Shown: positions 37,807 through 48,671, numbered from the stretch's first letter. The stretch is DNA of 64,000 bases from Candidatus Heimdallarchaeum aukensis (GCA_021513695.1 CP084166.1:2656001-2720000); one strand, 5' to 3'. The notes: generated from the sequence alone by a model not told the origin. Numbers and translations are program-made.

Positions 37807-39651
37807 TTATATTTCAAGTTCTAATTCTTTAATTTTTTCGGGTGTAGGAATACCATCTTCCCATCCACGTAGCTTATAATACTCTTGTTTCATTTGTTCT
37901 AATTCAACAATTTGTCCTTCTGATGCTCCTTCTGGCATCTTTTCCTCAAGTAGTCGTTTAGGTAATGTGTCATCTTTTCCAGATATTCCTAACTTATTTA
38001 GGATCATCCTTTCTAAATTAGTTATTCTTTCACCTGTCTTCAATAGTTCATCGGTTGTTACGTCCCAACCAGTTACTGGGCCTATCATTTCAGCATACTC
38101 ATCTAAACCAAGAGCAAAAGTTAAGAATAAACAATTAACGCTTGAATTTACTACACTAGTGAAATCTTGGAACGTTTTAGTTAGTTCAGCTTTTCCTTCT
38201 ATTGTGAATCTATCAACATCTCCTAGAACTTCTGCAGCAATAGTATAACCTGTGACATGGCAACCTCCTCGATTAGCTGTAGCATAATTTAATCCAATGC
38301 CTTTTGCTCCTCGTGGGTCATATGCTGGCATTTCTAAACCTTTTACTGACATCGATAATTCAGGAGCTCCATAATGTTCACACATTTTACGTGATCCTTC
38401 TCCAATCCAATAACCTAAACCTTGTCTAAAGGCAGCCATCCATGTGAGTTCTACAATAGCATCAGGGTTTCCAAATTCTACTTTTAATCCTTGTAAATCT
38501 TCTTCAGGTATTAACCCTTTTTCATTTAATTCCATCGCTGCAGCAATTGTGGAGCCAATAGATATCGGATCCATACCAAAGATGTCACAATAGTGGTTAG
38601 CTCGAATAACAGCTCCCATATTGTTGACATTTGTTGTACCTCCTAGTGCCCAAATTGCTTCATATTCAGGACCTTCTGTAAATGAAATCTTATAAGGGCC
38701 AAGTTCAACCTTTGTTTTTCTTCCACAAGCAACAACACAACCCCAACATGGGTGTTTGGAAATCAAATATTTCTCTGTCAAAGTCTCTCCTGAAATATTT
38801 TCTGCTTCTTTATCTACTCCTGTTTGCCAATTTTTAGTCGGGAAAAGACCATTTTGATTGATTATATTAACTAATACTGCAGTTCCATAAGTAGGTAAAC
38901 CTTCTCCTGTGACTCCATTTTCTTTTAGTTTTTCAACATGTTCTTTTACTTTTGTTTCAAATTCCTCTTGTTTAGCAATTTGTGGCTTAGCATTTCCATC
39001 TACAATTATGGCTTTTAACTTCTTTGAACCCATTATAGCTCCTAAACCTGTTCTACCGGCTGCTCTGTGTATTTCATTCATAATTACGGCACAAGGAACA
39101 AGATTTTCTCCTGCTGGGCCTATGCAACTAACTCCTGCTCTTTTTCTTTCGTGTTTTGATTGTAACCACTTTGTAGTGTCTATAGTATTTTTACCCCATA
39201 TTTCGCTAGCATCATGTAATTCTGGTTTTCCATCAATAATAGACAAGTAAACGGGTGTATCACTCTTTCCTTCAATAACAATTCCATCGTATCCTGCAAA
39301 TTTAAGCTTTGCACCCCAAGTACCACCAGTATTTCCAGAACCAATAGATCCTGTGAGAGGAGATTTCAAAGCCATTACATGATGTCTACCACTATTTGGA
39401 GAACGTGTTCCTGTAACTGGGCCTGTAGAAAAGAATAAAACGTTGTCAGGTGATAAAGCATCCATCTCTTTTAAATCTACACCTTTTTTTTCTAATTCTT
39501 TTGCATAATTCCAAAGATAGTAAACAGCTAAACCTTTTCCTCCAATAAATTTGCGTAGTATATCTTCTGGGAAATCAAAATCAGACATTTCTTTTGAACT
39601 TAGATTAACTTTTAACCATTTTCCCATATATCCATAATTCATTTTGCTCAC
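37807..39651 (-). CDS. aor: aldehyde:ferredoxin oxidoreductase (tungstopterin AOR family)
   Basis: It is 614 aa with an AOR-type N-terminus (GYMGKWLKVNLS..FIGGKGLA) and the [4Fe-4S] ligand motif HPCWGCVVACGR. The whole length is family-like. Confidence 0.85.
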   Translation of the reverse strand: MSKMNYGYMGKWLKVNLSSKEMSDFDFPEDILRKFIGGKGLAVYYLWNYAKELEKKGVDLKEMDALSPDNVLFFSTGPVTGTRSPNSGRHHVMALKSPLTGSIGSGNTGGTWGAKLKFAGYDGIVIEGKSDTPVYLSIIDGKPELHDASEIWGKNTIDTTKWLQSKHERKRAGVSCIGPAGENLVPCAVIMNEIHRAAGRTGLGAIMGSKKLKAIIVDGNAKPQIAKQEEFETKVKEHVEKLKENGVTGEGLPTYGTAVLVNIINQNGLFPTKNWQTGVDKEAENISGETLTEKYLISKHPCWGCVVACGRKTKVELGPYKISFTEGPEYEAIWALGGTTNVNNMGAVIRANHYCDIFGMDPISIGSTIAAAMELNEKGLIPEEDLQGLKVEFGNPDAIVELTWMAAFRQGLGYWIGEGSRKMCEHYGAPELSMSVKGLEMPAYDPRGAKGIGLNYATANRGGCHVTGYTIAAEVLGDVDRFTIEGKAELTKTFQDFTSVVNSSVNCLFLTFALGLDEYAEMIGPVTGWDVTTDELLKTGERITNLERMILNKLGISGKDDTLPKRLLEEKMPEGASEGQIVELEQMKQEYYKLRGWEDGIPTPEKIKELELEI

Positions 39652-39741
39652 CTCACGTGAACTACTGAAGTAAACTCTTTCACATATAAAAGATTTTTTG
39701 AAAATTACGAACTTTTTTAAATAGAACAGTTAAAAAAACTC

Positions 39742-41073
39742 TTGATATACTTGTCTAATTTCCCAGAAATAATACAAATTGAACCAACAAATTCATGTAA
39801 TTTCTCTTGCTCTATGTGTTTGTTGTCTTTATGGAAAAATGAGAAAAGAAACTCGATTTCTCTCTCTCTTTTTGAGCATATTGCGCAAGAAACATTTCCT
39901 CATATCTCGCGAGTAGTATTGTATGGAATGGGAGAACCTCTTACACATGAGAAATTTCTTGATCTACTCAGAATAGCAAGAAAATATCTGCAACCTGAAG
40001 GAACAATTGCATTTACGACAAATGGTTCATTATTTAATAACAATATGATTGATGAAGTTCTTGAAAACAATCTTGCAAATGAGATTGTTTTTTCATGTGA
40101 TACTTTTGAAGAAGAAGAGGAGTCATTAGGTCATTCTATGGCAGTAACCACAGTAAGAAAAAATCTGGATTATCTCTTAAAACATGAAAAACGAGGTAGA
40201 ATCAAAGTAGGAATCGAAATTGTTGTGATGAAGAGAAATTATAAATCTCTTGAAAAATCGATACAAATGTTCTGCGATAAGAAAGTGGATTTCATTACAG
40301 TTAGTCATATGTACCCATACAAAGAACATGTCCAAAATGAGACAATGTATACGATGCTTACAGAAGAAGCACTAGATATTTTTGAAGGGTCAGGAGAGAA
40401 ATGGGATGAGCTTATACTTGGTGTAACACGAGAAAAATTCGCAGAATCTATGCAGTTACAATATAGAGAATTATACAAATACAAAGACAGATTAGTAAAA
40501 AAGGAAAGGCCGTATTCAGAAAGATATAATGAATTATTATCTAAAGCAAAAAAGAAAAATGTTCTTTTAAACACTTCATTATACTTGAAAGAAAAAGAAA
40601 AATTAGAACGTTTAAGAGAACTTGAAACAATTTTCAAAAAAATTATTCAAATATCAAAAAAATCAGGGGTAAAAGTTTTTCTTCCTGATATTATCCCATC
40701 TTTTAAACGCAGAGAATGCCCCTATCAATCAAATAATGCTGTAGTTATAAGGTCAGATGGAGAAGTCGTTCCTTGTTTTAAATATCTTTATGATCATCCC
40801 TCATATTTGGATTATCATAGTAGAGAGTCTTCATTCTTTTCTTTTGGGAATGTGAAAAACAATTCTTTTTCAGAGATTTGGAATAGTGCTGATTTTACTT
40901 CTTTTAGAAACAAACTTAAAGATATGAATAAAAATGTTCCATACTGCGGAAACTGCAGTTTCTCGACAAATAATTGTTTTTATGTTACAGAAGGACAAAG
41001 TGATTGTTGGGGAAATGAACCTTTTTGTTCAGAATGTCCATATAGTTTGAATCTTACGAAATGTTTGCTTTAG
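39742..41073 (+). CDS. radical SAM protein with Cys-rich SPASM-like C-terminus (Cmo-like AOR-associated maturase candidate)
   Basis: It has the CxxxCxxC motif (CNFSCSMC) near the N-terminus. The C-terminal cysteines are ECPYQ, VPCF, YCGNCSF..NNC and CWGNEPFCSECP. It is divergent from aor. The TTG start is uncertain. Confidence 0.65.
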   Translation: MIYLSNFPEIIQIEPTNSCNFSCSMCLLSLWKNEKRNSISLSLFEHIAQETFPHISRVVLYGMGEPLTHEKFLDLLRIARKYLQPEGTIAFTTNGSLFNNNMIDEVLENNLANEIVFSCDTFEEEEESLGHSMAVTTVRKNLDYLLKHEKRGRIKVGIEIVVMKRNYKSLEKSIQMFCDKKVDFITVSHMYPYKEHVQNETMYTMLTEEALDIFEGSGEKWDELILGVTREKFAESMQLQYRELYKYKDRLVKKERPYSERYNELLSKAKKKNVLLNTSLYLKEKEKLERLRELETIFKKIIQISKKSGVKVFLPDIIPSFKRRECPYQSNNAVVIRSDGEVVPCFKYLYDHPSYLDYHSRESSFFSFGNVKNNSFSEIWNSADFTSFRNKLKDMNKNVPYCGNCSFSTNNCFYVTEGQSDCWGNEPFCSECPYSLNLTKCLL

Positions 41074-41228
41074 AGTTTGTTACAAGAATAAGAATGTTAC
41101 TAAAAACAAAAAAGTTCTTTACTTTGAATTATCACTTTATCTTTCGAATTCTATATTGAAAATTTCGTCTACTTTAAGTTTTTTATTTTGCAAAGAATTT
41201 TTAAATGATTACTTTTTCAAAATCTTCG

Positions 41229-41927
41229 ATGGAAGCTATAATTCTTTGTGGGGGATTAGGAACAAGAATTAGAACTATTACTCAAGATTCTATTCCTAAA
41301 GCAATGGTGAAAATTAAAGGTAAAACTATTTTAGAATGGGAAATAGAATGGTTGAATAAATATGGAATTGATCATGTTATTTTAGCAGTAAGACATTTGG
41401 CAGATTACATACAAAAAAACCTTGGTAATAGCTATCAAACTGAAATAGGTAAAGTAAAAATTACTTATAGTAAAGAACCAGAAAAACTTGGTTCAGGAGG
41501 AGCTGTTCGATTTGCTCAAAAACATGTTTCAGATGAGCAAGTTATTATTATGAATGGAGATGTTTTAACAAATTTTAACCTTAAAGAAATGATCGACGAA
41601 CATTTAAAAGGAAATTTAACAGGTACAATAGGCGTTTCAATGATGCGTAGTCCCTACGGGATAGTCGAATTTGATGATAACTTAGTAATATCAGAATTTA
41701 AAGAAAAACCTCTGCTTAATCATTGGATTCACTCTGGTGTTGACATCTTCCAAAAAAAGGTTTTACTTTCTTTTCCTGAAAAAGGTCAGATGGAGGACAC
41801 TATATTTGTAGAACTTGCAAAGAAAAAAGAACTTGCGGTGTTTAAAATAGAACCTAAATATTATTGGAGAAGTATCGATACAACAAAAGATTTCCAAGAA
41901 GCAGAAAAAGATTGGACAGGAATATAA
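41229..41927 (+). CDS. sugar-phosphate nucleotidyltransferase
   Basis: MEAIILCGGLGTRIR carries the GxGxR signature, and LGSGGA comes later. The track start at 41205 adds 8 aa; ATG 41229 gives the family-typical N-terminus. Confidence 0.7.
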   Translation: MEAIILCGGLGTRIRTITQDSIPKAMVKIKGKTILEWEIEWLNKYGIDHVILAVRHLADYIQKNLGNSYQTEIGKVKITYSKEPEKLGSGGAVRFAQKHVSDEQVIIMNGDVLTNFNLKEMIDEHLKGNLTGTIGVSMMRSPYGIVEFDDNLVISEFKEKPLLNHWIHSGVDIFQKKVLLSFPEKGQMEDTIFVELAKKKELAVFKIEPKYYWRSIDTTKDFQEAEKDWTGI

Positions 41928-41930
41928 TTC

Positions 41931-42728
41931 TCAAAAAGTTGGATTCCACTCAAATCTTCTTTGAATATATATTTGTTCAAATCCGAGACTATAATATAAT
42001 TGTTCTGCCTTACTGTTTAATACAGTTTGAAGGCAAAATTCTAAATCTTTGTCTTCAATCAATTTTTCTGAAATGAAGTTCGATAACATAGCTTTAGCAT
42101 AACCCCTTCTTTGAAAACGTTTTTTAGTTCCAACTCCATAAATTCCAATGAGTTCTTCAGTCTTTATACTGCAAAAACATGATATGTCCTTTCCTGAAAC
42201 AACTCCTACATAAAAAGAAATGTTATTCTTCATTTGAAGAAGAACCATGTCCGAAATATATTTCTTTAAACTTCTTGGATATTGAAAAGCATCAAAAAAA
42301 ACATTAACCCATCTGTTGTAATTTTTTTCTGTTAATTCATCAATTTGTAAGGCATTATTTCTGAAATAATTAATTTTATCAAATTTTGTAAGAGACATTA
42401 CATCTACATCAGTTAGAGACCTAAGAAAACCTTTTTCTCTAAGAACTTTTGCGTTGTAATTATAATTGGAATCCTGTGGAATTTTTACTGTAAAATACTT
42501 TTTTCCATTATCAAAAAAAGAGAAACATTGTTCAAGAAACAGATCAAATTCAGAAGACCCCAAATGTGTTGGAGTAATATAACTGTAGGTGTCGATTGTA
42601 TTATTTTTTAAAAAATAGCCATATTTATTGTGAAAAACTTCTGAATTGGGCATAAAACTATAAAATAAATACTCGTTAAAATCATATTTCTTTCTTATAT
42701 CAATTTTTGATTGAGACATTAGATTCAA
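41931..42728 (-). CDS. GNAT-family N-acetyltransferase
   Basis: The C-terminal domain has the acetyl-CoA motif VGTKKRFQRRGYAKAML. Confidence 0.6.
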   Translation of the reverse strand: MNLMSQSKIDIRKKYDFNEYLFYSFMPNSEVFHNKYGYFLKNNTIDTYSYITPTHLGSSEFDLFLEQCFSFFDNGKKYFTVKIPQDSNYNYNAKVLREKGFLRSLTDVDVMSLTKFDKINYFRNNALQIDELTEKNYNRWVNVFFDAFQYPRSLKKYISDMVLLQMKNNISFYVGVVSGKDISCFCSIKTEELIGIYGVGTKKRFQRRGYAKAMLSNFISEKLIEDKDLEFCLQTVLNSKAEQLYYSLGFEQIYIQRRFEWNPTF

Positions 42729-42849
42729 CAGAACTTATTTCGATTAAGAGCTTATTATAGTTTCCTTTTCTTAATTAAGATACTAGCTCAAATTTAATAA
42801 ATTAGCAAAAGATTTTAAAGCACTCTTTTTTTTGCAAATATGAAATATA

Positions 42850-43128
42850 ATGAGCACAAAAACAGAAAGAAGTTTCGCTAAAGAAGTAGGGAGAGCAATT
42901 ATTGGAGCTCTAGTTCTAATAGTCTTACTAGTTATATGGTTACTTTGGGATAAAATATATCATGTTTTCTACAATGATTTGTTCCCTAACGCACCTAAAG
43001 GAACGCTTTTGATTTATTGGTTGTTGTTCTTGTTTCCAATAACTTTTGGAGGAATCTCTTTACTGATCGATGGAGGATACAAAGCTTATAAAATAGCCGT
43101 TCCTGAAAAAGAAGAAGAGGAAGAATAA
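42850..43128 (+). CDS. small membrane protein (2 TM), acidic tail
   Basis: It has two hydrophobic segments, AIIGALVLIVLLVIWLLW and LLIYWLLFLFPITFGGISLLI. I recognised no family. Confidence 0.4.
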   Translation: MSTKTERSFAKEVGRAIIGALVLIVLLVIWLLWDKIYHVFYNDLFPNAPKGTLLIYWLLFLFPITFGGISLLIDGGYKAYKIAVPEKEEEEE

Positions 43129-43201
43129 TCTAAACAAAATATTTTTTTAGTTTTTCTACATTATTTCACTAAAAGGTTCAACTCTTTATTTTGGTGAAGC
43201 A

Positions 43202-44233
43202 ATGTTTGAAATTGATCTAAGAATTCAAAAGGTAATAAAGAAAGTACTAAAAAACAATTTAGCATTACAAGACGGTGAAAAGTTTCTAATAGCTACTGAT
43301 TATCCATCTACCTTAGATTTAAAGTACAAGGAACCAGAAATTCTTCAGAGAATTTTTGCAAGAAATTTTCTTGCTCGATTTATCCAAAAAATCGCAAAGG
43401 ATAAGTTTCCTAATGTAAAAACTGATTTTATTGCTTATCAATGTCCTTGGGTACATTACCCTGAAAAGATAGATGATTTAGTTGATAAGGTTAAAAATTA
43501 TGATGTATGTTATATTCTTTCAGAGTTTTCTGTCTGGAATATTTTTAGATCTAAAGATTCAAAATTAATAACTAAAACTAGATTTGCTTTTTCTCCAAGT
43601 TGTGATGAAACCATTTTTCGCCCACATGGCCCTTTAGATATCGATAGTAACAAACTTGAAAGAAATGTAATGAATACTTATGCAAAGATCAATAAAGGAA
43701 AAAATGTAAGAATATGGAATCATATAGGCACAAATTTAGAAATAAATTTAACAGAATATAAATCTAGAATTGCCTATGAATCAGGTATCATAAATTATCC
43801 TGGGAAAAAGTCCAATCTTCCTGCTGGCGAAGTACTTATTATGAACCCTGATATTAACGGCACTTATGTAGTTCCTGCTGGTTGGATAGAAGAACTAAAA
43901 TCTAATCTTGTTATTGAGATTAGGAATAGTGAAATAACAAAGATCTACCAGCAGGGAGAAGGAAATTGGATAGAAAATAATTATTTTCTAGTTAAATATC
44001 CTAACAAAATCTCATTTTTCTCTATTGGTCATAACTATCAAGCCAACAACCCTTTTCTAATAATTGAGATGCTAAAAATGAGAGGATTGGCTTCAATAAA
44101 GATTAACAATCGAGGGCTAAGACAACTAGATATTCTGAACACTAAAGTTTTCACAGGTCATTTTCCCTCTCCAAATATTTATCTTGAGGTAGACGGGGAA
44201 GAAATATTCCGTAATGGACAATTCATGCTATAG
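43202..44233 (+). CDS. hypothetical protein (weak resemblance to M29/AmpS-type aminopeptidases)
   Basis: Only a local NLPAGEVLI motif resembles the M29 'PxGEVF' region. This call is not robust. Confidence 0.25.
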   Translation: MFEIDLRIQKVIKKVLKNNLALQDGEKFLIATDYPSTLDLKYKEPEILQRIFARNFLARFIQKIAKDKFPNVKTDFIAYQCPWVHYPEKIDDLVDKVKNYDVCYILSEFSVWNIFRSKDSKLITKTRFAFSPSCDETIFRPHGPLDIDSNKLERNVMNTYAKINKGKNVRIWNHIGTNLEINLTEYKSRIAYESGIINYPGKKSNLPAGEVLIMNPDINGTYVVPAGWIEELKSNLVIEIRNSEITKIYQQGEGNWIENNYFLVKYPNKISFFSIGHNYQANNPFLIIEMLKMRGLASIKINNRGLRQLDILNTKVFTGHFPSPNIYLEVDGEEIFRNGQFML

Positions 44234-44320
44234 CATATTTTAATTAACAGAACTCAAGTTTTATCATATAAAAGAAAATTGAAAAAATAAACGAAAATAA
44301 ATGAAATAAAATTTTAAATT

Positions 44321-44554
44321 TTATTGCTCAACACATATCATTGTCATCGTTGAACGAACATTATCTAATGCACGAAGATTTTCAGTAACAATCTTTTTCA
44401 AAGATTCTGTGTCTTCTGCTTCAATTTTTGCAATTAGATCATATACTCCGTATACTACGTGAGCTTCTTTCACATTAGGAAGTTCTAATAACTGCTCCAT
44501 TACGTTATTTTCCTCCCCAATTTCGCTATTTATTAAAATAAAAGCTGTTGCCAT
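44321..44554 (-). CDS. stand-alone Lrp/AsnC-type RAM (ligand-binding) domain protein
   Basis: The 77-aa sequence AFILINSEIGEENNVMEQLLELPNVKEAHVVYGVYDLIAKIEAEDTESLKKIV matches the RAM-domain pattern. Confidence 0.65.
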   Translation of the reverse strand: MATAFILINSEIGEENNVMEQLLELPNVKEAHVVYGVYDLIAKIEAEDTESLKKIVTENLRALDNVRSTMTMICVEQ

Positions 44555-44806
44555 TCTTTCATCACCAATATTAGTTCTATATGTATGTATATTTTAATAT
44601 TAATAAACTTTATTCCTAAAATATACTTTCTACTCATTTATTGGTAATAGGATACGGGTATTTTATACATATCTTATATTTTTAATTAACTAGTGATGTT
44701 ATTTATTAAAGAACTTTTATTTTCAAAACTAGTCAAAGTGGTGAAAAAATTTAGTCTATTGAGAAAATAAAGAAAAGAATTTAAGTTAGAGAGAAAAGGA
44801 AAAAAT

Positions 44807-45244
44807 ATGGAAGACATATCAAAGTTAAATGAAAACTGTTTTGCTTGTGGAAAAAACAATCCTATAGGCCCTAAATTACAGTTTCGTATTAATTCTGAAA
44901 ATCAAGTAGAAACAAGTTTTACTCCCCCACAAGAATGGAGCGGTTGGGGAGAAATAGTTCACGGGGGATTACAGACTGTGATTCTAGATGAAATTTCAGC
45001 TTGGGCAATTGTTCTTCTAACAAAAAAATTTACTCTGACGATAAAAGCAAACGTTGAATTTTTAAGGCCTGTGTATGTTAATGAAAGCCTAACAGCTACA
45101 GCAAAAATTGAAAAAATTGAAGATGACATTATCTATGTATCTAGTGTAATTTTAAATGAAAAAGAGAAAATATGTACAAAAGGTCGATTTATTTTTAAAG
45201 AAGTTTCAGAAGAAAAACTTGCAAGCGTAGCCGTTAAAAGATAA
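44807..45244 (+). CDS. PaaI/hotdog-fold thioesterase
   Basis: It has CFACGKNNPIGPKLQF at the N-terminus, followed by VHGGLQTVILDE, as in PaaI/YbgC-like proteins. Confidence 0.6.
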   Translation: MEDISKLNENCFACGKNNPIGPKLQFRINSENQVETSFTPPQEWSGWGEIVHGGLQTVILDEISAWAIVLLTKKFTLTIKANVEFLRPVYVNESLTATAKIEKIEDDIIYVSSVILNEKEKICTKGRFIFKEVSEEKLASVAVKR

Positions 45245-45382
45245 AAGATTCTTCATATTTCTCTTGTTTTTTCGTTTTTTGTAAAAATTTTTTACAATTA
45301 CGAATATTTATGAAAAATATTTATAGAAGGAATATTTTTGAATATTACTGATATGGGGATTGAGAATATATGGGGAAAATAA

Positions 45383-46810
45383 ATGAAAAATGAACATAGG
45401 CTACTACGTAAATTTGAAGAAATGGAAAAAGAACAAAAAATAGCTGAAATTGTTGAAAGTTCTGTAGATAAAAAGGAAGATAATTTAACAGATTTTGAAT
45501 TCTATAGTATTTTATACATTAAAGCTAGAGCTAATTTTATTCTTAGGAATTTTGAAGAAGCAAAAAAGTTTCTCTCTCAAATAGAAAAGTGGGCGATAGA
45601 TCATAATATTGAGTTATTTGTAAAAAGTAAAGTGTTAGAAGCTAATTGCTGTACTATTACAGGACAGTTGGTTGAAGCACAGAAAATTTTCGAAGAAATT
45701 TTCACGAAATATCCTGAAATAAAAGAATACCCTTTTTACACAAACATAATTATTAACTACGGACACACTTTTTTCTATCAAGGTAAGATTATTGATGCAA
45801 ATAATCAATATATAAAGGCTTTAACTATAGCTAAAGAACGAAATCTCCGTCAGGATAAAATAAAAAATAATCTTGCTCTAACATATACTCAATTAGGTAA
45901 TTATGAGAAGGCTATAGAATTATTAGAAGAAGTCATCAAAGAAAAAGAAAGAATGAATGATTTTCAAGGATGGACTATTGCCAAAGTTAACTTAGGTTCG
46001 ATATGTAGCTACCATGGTGATTTTCAAAGAGCTAATGAAAATATTGACATTGCAATAAAATTTGCTGAAGAAAAATTGTTCATAAGAGAGCTAGCAGGAG
46101 CTCATTCAGCTAAAGGTTTGGTTTTGCTTAAAGAAAAGAAGGTGTTAAAAGCCCAACAACATTTAGAAAAAGCAAAATCCATACTTGAACAGATTAATGT
46201 TAAAGATATTCTTCCTGAAGTGCTAGTAAGGCTAGGCTTCATATATTTTCTACTTGGTGAATATGAAAGAGTTGAACCTATTATCGACACTATTGAAAAA
46301 TTTGCTGAGGAACAAAAAAGTACTCTTTTCTTAGTCTGGGGTATCTGTTTGGAAACAATGGTGAGATTCGAAAAAAATCAAGACAAAAATGCCTTAAGGC
46401 AGATTGAAAATGTTCTTGATATTTCATTAGAGTTTAATATTATTCCTGCTTTCATTCAAGCATCAGTTTTAGCTCTCTATATCTATGCTGCAATTGAAGA
46501 TGTTGAACAGGTAAATGAAATATCAATTCGTGCTCTAAAAGTAGTTGAAGAGAAAGAGATAAAACTTGTCCAAATCCAACTTTACATCATTTTATGTTTT
46601 GTAAATTTGATTCTAAATAATAATAAGGCACTTATGAAGTATTTCAATAAATTATCAAAATTAAACAAAGAAAATTTATACCCTGATGATATTAAAAAAT
46701 TAAACTATTTTGTTGAAAATAGAAGAAAAACAAACAATTCTGATAATATAGACAATGAAATTCGTAATGTACTTATCGATTTTCTTCAAAGAATAAGTCC
46801 TTGGTTTTAA
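45383..46810 (+). CDS. TPR-repeat protein
   Basis: It shows repeated 34-aa A/Y/G-pattern helices, for example LALTYTQLGNYEKAIELLEEVI and LGFIYFLLGEYERVEPIIDTI. Confidence 0.6.
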   Translation: MKNEHRLLRKFEEMEKEQKIAEIVESSVDKKEDNLTDFEFYSILYIKARANFILRNFEEAKKFLSQIEKWAIDHNIELFVKSKVLEANCCTITGQLVEAQKIFEEIFTKYPEIKEYPFYTNIIINYGHTFFYQGKIIDANNQYIKALTIAKERNLRQDKIKNNLALTYTQLGNYEKAIELLEEVIKEKERMNDFQGWTIAKVNLGSICSYHGDFQRANENIDIAIKFAEEKLFIRELAGAHSAKGLVLLKEKKVLKAQQHLEKAKSILEQINVKDILPEVLVRLGFIYFLLGEYERVEPIIDTIEKFAEEQKSTLFLVWGICLETMVRFEKNQDKNALRQIENVLDISLEFNIIPAFIQASVLALYIYAAIEDVEQVNEISIRALKVVEEKEIKLVQIQLYIILCFVNLILNNNKALMKYFNKLSKLNKENLYPDDIKKLNYFVENRRKTNNSDNIDNEIRNVLIDFLQRISPWF

Positions 46811-46984
46811 CTTATTCCACTGTTTTATTTTTTTACTTATTCTCGCGTTTTATACCTAAGAAGTTGTTTTTCACAATGTAATTTTTTTATTAGTAACATT
46901 TATATCAAATAAAGACAATTTCATAATGTTACACTTTTGAGTATAAATTTTATCCTCATTTTGTAACTTAAAAGGTGAGATAAT

Positions 46985-47404
46985 ATGTTTGATACTGTTG
47001 GCGAATGGCTAGATAAAATGGAATTGAAATATCAAAAAAATGAAGAAAAAAGAACTTTTGTTCTTCCTTATGACATTAACAATGTGAAATTTATGGTTAT
47101 TATCCTTGTTTTTCCTGAAAAATGGATAAAAATAGGAGCACTAATAATGAAGGCAGAAAAAGTCGTGGAAGAAATGTATTTAGCTCTACTTCAAGAAAAT
47201 TGGAACTTGTTTGAAGTTACATATTCTGTTGACGAACAAGGAAATATTTTTTCAGAAAATGATATACCCCATACATCCAATTATGAAAACTTTGTGTCTG
47301 AATTTCAAGCTGTTATTTTTGGTGTGATAAACTTTTTCGATAAAATTGCACCTAAATTCCAAGCTAAAGCGGTAGACACTTACAACTCAGAAGCATGGGT
47401 TTAG
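46985..47404 (+). CDS. hypothetical protein (possibly YbjN-like)
   Basis: Only its size and alternating pattern (WLDKMELKYQK...FVLPY...LLQENWNLFEVTYSVDEQGNIF) suggest a YbjN-like fold. Confidence 0.3.
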   Translation: MFDTVGEWLDKMELKYQKNEEKRTFVLPYDINNVKFMVIILVFPEKWIKIGALIMKAEKVVEEMYLALLQENWNLFEVTYSVDEQGNIFSENDIPHTSNYENFVSEFQAVIFGVINFFDKIAPKFQAKAVDTYNSEAWV

Positions 47405-47435
47405 TTCTAATTTTGTTTCTATCTTTTTTATCCAT

Positions 47436-48671
47436 TTATTTTGGTTTTTTTATTAGAAGATAACCAAGAGAACTGATAAATCTTCCAACTGTTATTACAG
47501 TCAATAAGAAAACAATCGCTTTCCATTTTCCCAAAGAACTAAACATTATCTCTGCAATTAAACCAAATATTAAAGAACCTAAGAATGTTGATACCCCAAG
47601 AAAAAGGTTGTAGATTCCAGTATATGTCCCTTTTTCTTCAGTAGCCGCACAATCAAGAATAAAACTATTTTGCCCTACAATAAAGATCGCGTTACTCATT
47701 CCTGAAACAGCTGAACCGATAGCTATTATCCACCAATAAGGCCACCAGAGAACAGTAAAAATAAGGTTTAGAGGGATGTAAAACATAAAAACTCTACCAA
47801 AGAAAAGCAATGTTTTTCTGGGGATTATATTTATTATTTTGCTTAATATGAGTAGGGTCAATATTTGTGTTACACTAAAAGCTGCCCAAATAAACGTGTT
47901 TTCTTGAGCAGTAGCGTACTCAGCTCTAACAAAACTAAAAATAGGCCAGCCTGCAGCCATAAAGAAAAACATAATTGAGTTTACGTAAACGAATCTTCTA
48001 AATTCTTTATTCTTTTTAACTGGTGCTAATGAAAAAACAGTTTTTTCTTGAAGTTTCTTTACTGGAGGGTCAAAAATAAATAGACTTACACAAGCACTTA
48101 ATAAAAATAATAAAGCAGTGACACGCAAAATAATCGAGTATTGTTTAAAAGTTGTGTCTCCTAAGCTTCCTAGCTGTCCAATAATTAAAAGAGAAGAAAG
48201 AGTTGCTATCGCTCCAACTATAGTAATCATACTGATTAGACCTGCTCTATTAGCTCTATTTGTCAAATCACCTTGTAAGGCAGTAAAAGCTGGATAGTAA
48301 ATAGCATAACCAAATGAAAAAATAATTACGGCTATTAAAAGAACCCAACCTTTTGAAATAAAAGGAAAGGTAAAAAGAGCTAGCCCGGAAAATAGAAAAC
48401 CAAAAATTAACATGATTTTTCTACCAATTCTATCAGATATTCTTCCAAATGTTGATTGAAAAATTTGCTGAATCAGGTTTCTACTTGAAGTAATTAGGGA
48501 AATTATGGCCGGAGACGAACCGATTATAACAGCAAAGAGTTCAATAAAAAGCCTAGCAATAAAACTAGCAGCTGTTCCAAAGCCTGTAATAAGGTAAAGA
48601 ACTGTTTTACTGAAATTTGAAGAAGAATAGAATGTTCTGTATCTAGCATAAATTTTTTTGAAATCAGTCAT
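47436..48671 (-). CDS. MFS transporter
   Basis: It has ~12 hydrophobic segments, and the MFS loop signature FGRISDRIGRKIM lies between TM2 and TM3. Confidence 0.8.
   Translation of the reverse strand: MTDFKKIYARYRTFYSSSNFSKTVLYLITGFGTAASFIARLFIELFAVIIGSSPAIISLITSSRNLIQQIFQSTFGRISDRIGRKIMLIFGFLFSGLALFTFPFISKGWVLLIAVIIFSFGYAIYYPAFTALQGDLTNRANRAGLISMITIVGAIATLSSLLIIGQLGSLGDTTFKQYSIILRVTALLFLLSACVSLFIFDPPVKKLQEKTVFSLAPVKKNKEFRRFVYVNSIMFFFMAAGWPIFSFVRAEYATAQENTFIWAAFSVTQILTLLILSKIINIIPRKTLLFFGRVFMFYIPLNLIFTVLWWPYWWIIAIGSAVSGMSNAIFIVGQNSFILDCAATEEKGTYTGIYNLFLGVSTFLGSLIFGLIAEIMFSSLGKWKAIVFLLTVITVGRFISSLGYLLIKKPK

Noticed and set aside
41864-42076. A 70-aa plus-strand ORF bridges the nucleotidyltransferase 3' end and the GNAT gene.
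   Set aside because: It overlaps two better-supported genes in other frames or on the other strand and has no motif.
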